DNA of 52,350 nucleotides, filler included, from Bipalium vagum (lineage: Eukaryota): assembly GCA_037834085.1 (NCBI GenBank). It is 3 parts of 3 records of this genome, joined end to end, with 100 filler letters (N's around TTAATTAATTAA, not from the genome) between each part and the next. Parts side by side here need not be neighbours in the genome. Positions count along the whole stretch, not along the records: positions 1 to 16,829 come from JBBMKC010091613.1; positions 16,930 to 34,001 come from JBBMKC010079832.1; 1 more part is not named here. One strand, given 5' to 3'. Below, one piece after another: positions 16,301 to 25,500 of the stretch. Below the pieces are notes generated by a model. That model did not search any database. It saw only the letters and a program-made list of their open reading frames with translations, and was not told the origin of the DNA. The position numbers and the translations under genes are program-made. Position 1 is the stretch's first letter. Every line of letters starts with the position of its first letter.

Positions 16301-16733
16301 ATCAGACAGAATAGACAAACAAAAGACTGGAGATTGTTTTTGATATATGATTTTATTTTTTTAAAATGTATTTTGAAAGTTGAAGGGAACGTAAAAAATT
16401 AAGTTATTTTTAAAATTTTCGTCAATGTCTACTCAGCATGGTTTTTTTTCGTTATTTTTATCCATTTTTGATCGCTTAATTTTATAGAGGAAGAAAAACA
16501 TAATTTCCTAAAAGAAATTTCTGGAGAGATTTGTACACAAGCTCTGCATTTACCGATGTCTTTGCAAACATTGATGGCCAGATTGCAATTGCGCATTGAA
16601 GAAAAGAATATATCTGTCTTGGGAAATCATTGTATTTTACACATATTTTTACAAACTATCCATCGGAAATTGATCAAACTTAATATCGAAAATGTTCATG
16701 CCCACTGGATGGAAATTGCTGCTTATCTTGAAG
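840..16733 (+). CDS. KIAA0825: KIAA0825-like (DUF4495) protein, multi-exon, ends uncertain
   Basis: Phase-consistent GT-AG exon chain: 840-1035, ~2189-2256, 3150-3202, 3573-3691, 3741-3933, 6801-7060, 7393-7518, (uncertain micro-exons ~7571 and ~8288-8320), 8378-8663, 8717-8896, 10444-10563, 12257-12347, 13346-13530, 15029-15261, 16488-16733. Core peptide SVILQDSKSNFWSDLKEFHENKIVGYPIQAWHLY...AREIFADVLTRSLEFLVQRYASARPSRRRVRQVRADM matches recalled vertebrate KIAA0825 ([32 protein letters not shown]...SLSLLASRYARAHPSRKRTPQLRLD). Confidence 0.85.
5312..6502 (-). mobile_element. Degenerate Tc1/mariner-superfamily (maT-like) transposon in a KIAA0825 intron
   Basis: Minus-strand fragments CVIMDNKTY, LYWPDP...HYAKNTLEWY and NPPNCPEF*PIEKYWAIVKR; imperfect TIRs (gatgaaaagtggttg near 5322; cgactacttttcatc near 6476); stops and frameshifts. 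Confidence 0.8.
7279..7340. repeat. (AAT)n/(ATT)n microsatellite
   Basis: Directly visible. Confidence 0.9.
7933..8051 (+). mobile_element. Possible short 3' LTR relic
   Basis: TGTTACA...TTTACA ends, internal AATAAA, locally GC-richer, immediately preceded by purine-rich ggataaaggatgaggacagagg (PPT-like). Confidence 0.35.
8055..8210 (-). mobile_element. Tigger/pogo-type MITE end
   Basis: Minus strand reads TA|CAGTCGAACCCGGGTATAAAGG, typical of Tigger-like TIRs; the other end is poorly conserved. Confidence 0.35.
8378..8663 (+). CDS. KIAA0825: Most conserved KIAA0825-like exon
   Basis: ORF 8323-8667; donor CG|GTAAGA at 8664, then a 53 nt intron to ttttag|A GCA GAT ATG at 8717. Confidence 0.85.
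13880..14700 (-). mobile_element. Highly decayed Tc1/mariner-like transposase remnant
   Basis: Minus-strand FLQQNAGSH (cf. FQQDGAPSH) followed by NVSVWST (cf. DYSVWS); boundaries approximate. Confidence 0.45.
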
Positions 16734-16761
16734 GTATTAACCAACCTTGCACTATTGTCTA

Positions 16762-16765
<4 letters not shown>

Positions 16766-16829
<64 letters not shown>
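16766..16829. repeat. (ATT)n microsatellite abutting a gap
   Basis: Directly visible. Confidence 0.95.
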
Positions 16830-16929
16830 NNNNNNNNNNNNNNNNNNNNNNNNNNNNNNNNNNNNNNNNNNNNTTAATTAATTAANNNNNNNNNNNNNNN
16901 NNNNNNNNNNNNNNNNNNNNNNNNNNNNN
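16830..16929. other. 100 nt assembly gap with artificial TTAATTAATTAA linker (16874-16885)
   Basis: 44 N + 12-mer + 44 N. Confidence 0.95.
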
Positions 16930-17610
16930 TTTTTACTATAATTTTATATTTCATATTTTATTTTATATTTTATATTAAACAGGAGAGAAAGAAAATCAAA
17001 TTTCGGATTTTAACTTTTACAAATAAATAAAATAAATAAATAAATAAAATTTACAAAAATTATATATTGTTTTTCATACAACAAATGTATTACTAAATAA
17101 TCACTAAATGACCATCAAAATGTTTAAAATCACTAATGTTAATGTTTTGAGGATTTGGATTGTTTTGGAATCGAAGTTGTTGAGGATTTTGATTGAATTG
17201 GTTGGACCGAAGGTGGGAGTCTCCACAATATTATTTGTATAGATAATAAGATAGTGTATATATAAATAATATAAAATATCATGCGGAATAATATGTATAA
17301 ATTATTATTAACAGTAGTATTATTTATTTGTAATTGCAGAGCTATTTATATTATTAATGATTGTATTATTTATTTATAAATTAAGTAAACTTACTATATC
17401 AAAATTACTATATAAATCAGCTTGAAATCATTATTTTTCTCCCAGAAAATTATCTATGAAAAAAGGTATGATTTTTCTTAATAATTTTATTTTGCTGACC
17501 AGGGTTTTCCTGGTACAGCTTTTAATTTAAAAGTTTGCTGTTTGAGTGACTGCCTGAAACAGTTTGTTGTTTTTTATCTGACTGCCGGTTTGCAGTTTTT
17601 GTATAAAAAA

Positions 17611-17746
17611 TTAATGGTGAACCAACTTGGGTCGCTGATTTCATGGCTGAGTATAAACGAATAGCTGAAGCCTTCGGTTACAATGATACCAGAATTATTC
17701 AGAGGTTGCCCATTTATCTAAAAGGGATGAAAAGTAGTGCCTACAG
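17611..17746 (+). mobile_element. Gag N-terminal fragment of an LTR retrotransposon
   Basis: NGEPTWVADFMAEYKRIAEAFGYNDTRIIQRLPIYLKGMKSSAY; clearly related to the gag at 19101 and 30540. Confidence 0.7.
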
Positions 17747-18850
17747 ATGTAGAGGTAAGACATGGACACAAAAAATTAATGGAAACAAAAAATAAAATTA
17801 AAACTAATCAATTAAATCAACGGAAACAGAAAGAGAATTAGAACAAGATATGATATATTTCTATAAACCACTTACTGATGCTCTAGGCACTAAAAATTAA
17901 AAAGCTAATAAAGAAAATATAATAGATGTAACACAAAGCTTTTTGAGTTTTACGATACACAAGGTGGTTTGAAGTTTCACAATGAAAAATCTTCAATAGA
18001 TTGTAGTATACAACCTATTTTACCATCTTTAACTTTTGATTTATATACTTCTTTTTTAACACCATCCATTGCTCTAGCAATTATAGCTAACACATTAATA
18101 ATAAATGAAATCCCTAAATAATTATAAAAAAAGACAAATTCAAACTAAGCTTTTCGCAAAACGGAGTCGGTGGAGCTTCCCGAGACGAAGTCGAGGTTGA
18201 GGTCTCATGAGGGCTCTACCGTAATCTTTTAAAATTATAGTAAAATGAAATTCTTTAAAACAAAATGATGAAAAATTATTTGAATTAACTGATAATTTAA
18301 AATATTTAATGGAGGGAAAATTGCATTCTGAGAAACGAGAAAAATCAATAGAACAAAAGGATTTAGTTAATTATATTCAAATAACAAAACTTACTAAGGG
18401 ATTACAAAAATGTAAATATATTATAAGTATAAAAATGAGGTATTTAAAAATGACCAAATAAAACGAGATTGACAAGCGTATAGAGTTTATAAACGGAAAT
18501 ATTTAGTTGATCAATTTGTAACTTTAAGAAAATATTTATCTGCTAAAAAGCTGGTCATAATAATGTTAATTTAATTTAGTTTAATTTAAAATTTTTTTAA
18601 AAAGTTAAAAAAGTATGAAAAATGATTATTGTGAAAAAATAAAAGATAAATTTGATCTAGATTCTGCTTAAAATACTTCAGAGCAAATACTTTGCAATAC
18701 GTTCTTTTTATTAATCTTCTTATTTCTTTTGTTTGTTTTCTTGGCAATTCGATTCTGCTTCGCTCTAGGCGACAGAATAGGCATTTTTGACATCAGGGCT
18801 TTTTCGGTTATCATAAATCCAAGAAGACTTTAATGAATTAATATTATAAC

Positions 18851-19071
18851 TGTGATAAGAGTTGTATTTGTATTACAAAATATATTTTTGTAAAAAAAAT
18901 CGTGCAATCTTAGTTAATTTAATTTTGACATAGTTCGTATCTTAGAACACCTATTTGTTTCACTACCTTTGAAGTAGATGGTGAGCCCAGTTCTAACCTA
19001 TATTAATAGTGTTAGCATTTTTATATTTTCGAGATTAGATCTCGCAGTAAGCGTCGAACCAAACCCTTACA
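18851..19071 (+). mobile_element. Putative 5' LTR (~221 bp)
   Basis: TGTGATAAG...CCCTTACA ends, finishing 2 nt before the PBS; the left boundary is inferred. Confidence 0.55.
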
Positions 19072-19073
19072 TT

Positions 19074-19091
19074 TGGTGAGCCCGACGTGAT
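19074..19091 (+). promoter_or_regulatory. Primer-binding site complementary to the tRNA-Trp 3' end
   Basis: TGGTGAGCCCGACGTGAT versus the tRNA-Trp complement TGGTGACCCCGACGTGAT (17/18); lies between the LTR end and gag. Confidence 0.8.
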
Positions 19092-19100
19092 TCTAAAAAA

Positions 19101-19780
19101 ATAGGTGAAGAACGAACTAAAGTTCCAGTATTTAATGGAAATCCAGTAGATTTCCCAGAATTCACATCCGAATACTATCTCACAATGAAAGCATTTGGGA
19201 AGACGGATGAGCAGATGGTGACACGATTACCACTGTCCCTTAAAGGACAAGTGGAGGCTTTCCACGGTGAAATCCTGGCTAAACATTTGGCTGATTACGA
19301 AGATGCAGTAGCCCTTCAACAGCTGAGTGAAGGTCCGAATGCAGTGGTACAGCCATACAAACTAATAACCTTTAAAGAGATAATAATGGAATTAGAATTA
19401 AAAGTTCTCACAGATATGAGCAGATTATTAAGAAATAAATTCTATGAGCGCAAACAGCGTCATAATGAACGTGTAGTAGAATACACGTATCAATTAAATT
19501 TATTGGCCGAGAGAGCCTTCGGACCAAAAGCAAATTGGCCCGCAACTACGACAGTGATCGTAAAGGATCAATGGTGGTCAGGATTAAGCTCAGCCATTAG
19601 ATCTCAATTAGTATTATTTGGTACAGAACCAATGGACCAACTGGCACATAAGGCCACTATAGTTGAAGCAAGCCTAGAAACAAAACCAGTTTTAACTACT
19701 ACGGTAAGTCATAAAAAGACATGCAGTAATTGCAACTGAATAGGGCATTCTGCTAGAACTTGTCTTTTCAAATCCAGAAA
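19101..19780 (+). mobile_element. Gypsy-type gag pseudogene with CCHC knuckle
   Basis: GEERTKVPVFNGNPVDFPEFTSEYYLTMKAFG...RLPLSLKG; MHR-like RKQRHNERVVEYTYQL; CSNCN*IGHSARTC with one in-frame stop; start codon appears as ATA; no pol seen downstream. Confidence 0.85.
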
Positions 19781-20467
19781 TAATAATAATAATAGTAGCA
19801 ATAATAATAATAATAGCAGTAATAATAATAATGATCAAAATAAGTATAATAATAATTATGAAAGTAATCTTCAGAAAAGACATTCTGCAAGAAACAGTGA
19901 AAAAGCAAACGCAGAGGTATGTTCCGAGTCGTCTATCAGACCATTTTTTAGGCTGGTTCTAGGGGTTCCCTAACTCGACAGGACTCATCAAAAAATCCTG
20001 TTGTAACGTATTCCTGATAGGGTAAAATACTTACAAATTAAAGGATTGAAGTAAATCTTTTGACACGTAATTTGTTGCCGTAGAGAACGGAGATCTTCGA
20101 AAAATTTGATTTTTTTGGAATTGAATATTGATTATCGTGGCAATTGGTATCTTCTGATTTTTTTTTCTCCTTAATGTCAATCTTGTTCTTTTCTCTATTT
20201 TTTCTATGAATTTTTGAAGGAAATTCTTGCCTTATATACAGTAGTAGAGGTTTACCGACAACCGTCAATCGCTACTTTTGGAAGGCTATTTCCTTCAATA
20301 GCCTTATATTTCAAAATTATTTTTCTATTGTCTTGACGACTAGATAAATCGTTATTTTAGTCATTATCAAGTTATTCTTATTAATACTTATTTAACTTGT
20401 TATTTAAAAGTACTTTATAATTAATTTTATTAATAGTAATATTATTATAATAATTATTATTATAGAC

Positions 20468-22050
20468 CAGGTGTCAGCAACCTACAGCCAACGAAAGGTT
20501 TTGACAAGCCTATGAAGATACTTGGCTGACCCGTGACCGCTTGTTAAATAACGAAAATATTTTTAAAAAACAAAACTTGTTCAAATACAATATTTAAATT
20601 AACCCATAAATTCAAAGATTAGGAAAGTTGATGGTTAATGTACAATTTTTCAGGATTCTTAAACGATTAATTATTTAAATATCGAGTGAAATTGTTGCTG
20701 TGAATAAAGTGACAAATATCAGGCTCCATTACATGACCAACCATTTTTAAAATTTTAAAAAAGTTAATGGAGAATCAAGGAGAAAGATGAAGTCAGGAAG
20801 TTGAAATCAAAGTTTGAAAATCAGACATCATTTATTATGAAGAAAAGAAGTGAATATGAATCTAATAACCGTACACTCTATGAAATGTCAAAACATCTCT
20901 GAAAAAGATAAAAACGTTTACGGATGGTGAATTTATTAAACAATATTTAATGACAGTGATGAATATTGTTTTGTCAGAAAAAAAGTTATTATATTCTTCC
21001 ATAAGTCTATCTGGTAGGACAGTCACAAGAAGAGCTATCATCAGATGTTAAAAATTGTTTATTGAACTCCTGCAACGAATATTGCAATATTTTTCAATTA
21101 AAGTTTTTGAGACTACATACTTAAATGATACCACTCAGCTTGCAGTATTCCTGCGAGGAGTGAATTCGAGTTTACAAATTTTTGAAGAATTTTCAGTTAA
21201 TTCATTTGAAGGATACAGTTACTAGAGCAGATATCTTTGAAGTAGTGATTAATATGAAAAAAAATTGTATTTAGATGTCACAACTGATGAAGCACCTGTA
21301 ATGGCAGGAAATAAGAAAGGCTTTGTTGCACTATTACAGACCACGTGGAAAACCTTGGAAAAGAACAGAAGCTGGTCAAAATTCATTGTATTATTCATCA
21401 AGAAGCCTTATTCACCAAATCTTTGAAAATGAAGAAAGTTGTTAACCTGATCCTATTTCGTGGATTAAATCATCGTCAATTTAGACTATTTTTGGTGGAC
21501 AGAGGCTGACTATGGAGACCTAGTCTATTTCTTCATTGGCTAAGCAGAGGTTCAATGCTCTAAAGAATATTAAAATTACATAATGAAATTGTCATTTTTC
21601 TTCAAATAAAATCTGTGGGTGCATCATATTTTCGCGATTCTAATTAGGTTTCATCTTTGGCGTTTCTTGTGAGCATTACCAGTCATTTAAATAACTTGAT
21701 TTTACACTTGAAGGGTAAAGCTCAGGTTATAAACGATATGTTTGGTCATATTCTTGCATTTGTTAGTAAACTACACCTATGGGAATACCAGCTTCAACAA
21801 GAAAATTATTCACATTTTCTATCCCTTCAGGAATGCAAACCACAAAATCCAGAAATATCTGTGAATATGAATATCTGAAGAATGAATTTTCATCTCGTTT
21901 ACTGACTTTCTATTGCAAGATGAATATGTTTCAGAATATATAAGTATAAGTATCAGAATGCTTTCAAATTGAGTTGATTAAATGCAATGTGAAAACGTAT
22001 TGAAATTAAAATTTCACTATACATATAAGCCCTACTTCGAATTATCACCT
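20468..22050 (+). mobile_element. hAT-Charlie (GTF2IRD2/SPIN-like) transposon, decayed and 3'-truncated
   Basis: 5' TIR CAGGTGTCAGCAACC; motifs FTDGEFIKQ, ISLSGRTVTRR, DTTQLAVFLRGVN, TTDEAPVMAG, IHCIIHQEAL, WLSRG, LAFLVSITSHLNNL...KLHLWE; frameshifts. Confidence 0.9.
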
Positions 22051-22526
22051 ACTTAAAATAAAACCGTTTTTTATTAATATGATTTTAAATAATTCTGTCA
22101 AATTCGATAATTGCCAGTTATCTAACGCGGATATCACTTAAAGAACTGCATTATGTAACTCATAAATGTCACAAATATACGTAAAAATTCAAACTTTTAA
22201 CAAATATTAATTTATTAATAAAACGGTCATTTCATAAGTACACGTGTGATAAAGACATTCAATTTATTTTTTAAAAACCATTATAACAATTTAAATGCGA
22301 AACAATAATGACCAAAAAACTATTTGAATATTTTTGAGTTTAAAACTTCGATGGGTGTCAGAAATCATTCCTTAAAATTATAAATCAATTTTTTCAAAAA
22401 ATAATAACATTGAAAATTTGTGTGGCGCAATCAAACAAAAACAATCATTTTTCAAAAAAAACGAATATTCATTAAACAATTAAAAAACTAAAATGAAATT
22501 TAATACACGATCAATATTATTTTAAA

Positions 22527-25500
22527 TTACAAATTCTTCATCCTTTTGATATATTTTCCCGTTTTATTGGTCAGGAAGGTGTTTAAAGGCAAAACAGCAA
22601 CTCCGTAAATACTCAAAAACCCGATATCCAGTTCCGTGGTATTTAAGTTATCTGTCAAAATGCAGAAATGACGAAATTTTTTCTGAAGAAAATATTGCTG
22701 ATTGAGAACGTGATCCTGTTGATTTGCGATATCTTCATCGCCGGCCGTTTGTATTTCAACGAGATTCATCGAATCGTCTTTGCTGTATTTTGTTGAATAT
22801 TCTACGAGAATTGATTGGATAGCGTTCAGATTTTCCATCTCAGCTTCGTTTGAGCACGAAGATCTTTGGAAATACAAATCTTTTATTTTATTGAAATATT
22901 TTGAATTTTTAAAAAATCAATATATTAATTAACAATAATACTTATACAAATAAAAAATATTTAAAATTATTAATAATAGTAATCACTATATATTGATTAC
23001 AGATTTTAATTAACAGATTTGAAGATCTCTCAATAATTAATTTATGATTTAAAATTCAATTTATTCAAATATAATTTTTAGTACCGTAAATACTCGAATA
23101 TAAGTCGAGGTTTTTTTCTATACAATTTGATGAAAAAATGGGGTCGACTTATATAAGAGTCATAGCAGTTTTAACCAATGAAATGGCTGTATTTATGCAA
23201 TGTATCACGTTGTGTTCATAATTGAATACTGGTTATCATTTATGTTTCGTTTACGAGACCAATGGACATCGTGGATGTCCAGTGGACAAGCGCAGACCAC
23301 CAAAGCTTAAAACCTGAAACGACCAGACCTCTTGACAGTCACTGGGTGGACCAAAACAGCCTGGGATAAGATAAACGCCCCACTCATCTCATACAGCTTC
23401 AAGAAGACCGGGATATCAAACAAGATGGACGGAACTGAAGACTACATGACACCACCGCTGCCGAAGATTATGACGAATCGGATGATGACTTCTATTCAGA
23501 CCATATGACTAATGAGCAGACATATTTTTGCCTCGACTTATACACGAGGTTGACTTATATTCTAGTATCTATGGTACTTACCAAAATGAAATAAGGCGAG
23601 ACAGTTGGAAATTAAATATTATTGATTATTATTATTATATTTTATCATTGATAAAATATTCTTGATCGTCCACTTTTAAAATAATAATAGAGAATAATTA
23701 ATAAGCAGTTTTCATCAAACGCTAAACTCCTCTCTTTTTCCCTCACAAAAATACTCACCAAATCAATTATATCAACAATCTCTCCACTGATCGACAAAAA
23801 AACCACTTACACGAGATTAGAGAAATATCTGTAAACACTGCATGGAATCTTCAAACACCAAATCCGATTGGAGTTCTGTCGTTCATTGATCATAAATTCG
23901 AGCATATTTCGAATGTTCTCGGCATGAGTGCTGGTCAGTGCATGGTGATCGAGAAATATACAAGACCGACTGTGCGGGAAAATCGGCTGGCACGAAAACC
24001 GAGAAACGCTTTCCACATCTATATAGGACAGGAAATGGACACTGGAATTGTTTTTCAATAGCAGCAACGAAATCGGACTGGTCGATTGGACAGTATCAGG
24101 CCGTTGGGTCGATGAGTCGGGAAATCGCCAATCCTGATGAACCAGAACATGGAGATCTTTGCCGGCTTGTTTGTAATTAGTCGTGTCGTAAACACGAGCG
24201 TTGTTCTTTTGCAAGAACGACTAGAACGACAAAAAACAATATTTCCTCTTTAACGATTTCAATGCCAATGGGAAAAATAAAAATAAAACCTTCACCAAAT
24301 GAGCCATGGAGCTACCTTTGTCATGTGAATCGACAACGAACACTTTTCGACCCGTCCAACTTTGATTATCGTCTAAGTAAGAAAAATAATTGACTATAAT
24401 ACACTGTCAAGTTAATCAATAAAAACTACCATCCAAAAACGGAGTAGCCGGAGTAGGTATTGGAGCTAACGTTATGGCTTCTGGTGGAGGAACAAGCCAC
24501 TGTAACTATTGGAAAAAAATTATTTTCCAAACCAATTAAAATTATCCATGTTTTTTAAATGGATCAAACAAAAAAATCTATTAAATCTTTGAGAAATTGA
24601 TGATAATTTAAAAAAATAACACTACCACAAAAATCGTTTTTTATTAAAATGGAAAAAAACAGTAGTGTGCTAAAATCAATGACAAGTGAATAAAATAACA
24701 AAATTTTTCATCTTACCCGACTAACTTCCGCCTTTTCTTTTTTGATTACTTTTTTCCCAACCGGTTGCGATTTATTAATGGTCATTTCGTCGTCAGAAGA
24801 TGACAGCAATCCTTCCGATTCCGTATCTGCTGCTGGCACAGTTTCCTGGATTGATTGTTTTTTTGTCGACCGTCTATTACTGCTACTACTAGTAGTGGCA
24901 CCACTTCTCTGTGACAATCGTGTATCAGAAGAAGTTGACGTTTTCGAATCCAATTTCATTTCTTTAGATTTTGTATTATGATGATGGTGATTGTGGTGCA
25001 AAAGAGATTTTTGATCGATTTCTGAAGACACGTGGTTGGCTTTCAATTCGTGGTCTTCTATTTGAGCTTTGATTATCAATTCAGCCATACCACATTCGTC
25101 ATATACGTTAGTATTGTTTTGATTAGACGTGCAGCTGTCTTGGGATTTTTTGTCTTCCCTACAGCAAGAATTGCTGACAGTTCCCGAGCATTCTCGATTC
25201 TTTTCCACATCTCGTTTATAGGACAACATCATAGCACGCAATCTAGTGCGTTCTGGACTTGATTGACCATCACTAGATTTACTGACAGCGTGCGACCGGC
25301 GTGCCACAACGTTGTGGGTTGAAATTGGTGGAACTGCTGGAATAGTCTTCCTGTTCATCATCATGCTCATTTCAATGGACTGGTCGAACGGTGTTGGAGA
25401 CGGTGACTGTTCATTGTCAATGATGTTGCTGGTGGTTTTGTACCGTTGCTGGTCACCACAGATGATGGGCACAGATGATAGCTTTCTACTGCGAATAATG

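Noticed and set aside
16874-16885. TTAATTAATTAA inside N runs (also 34046-34057)
   Set aside because: Scaffolding linker with stops in all frames; not biological.
16692-16885. Poly-Leu/poly-Ile ORFs (also 19692-19883, 33869-34057)
   Set aside because: Translations of (ATT)n microsatellites.
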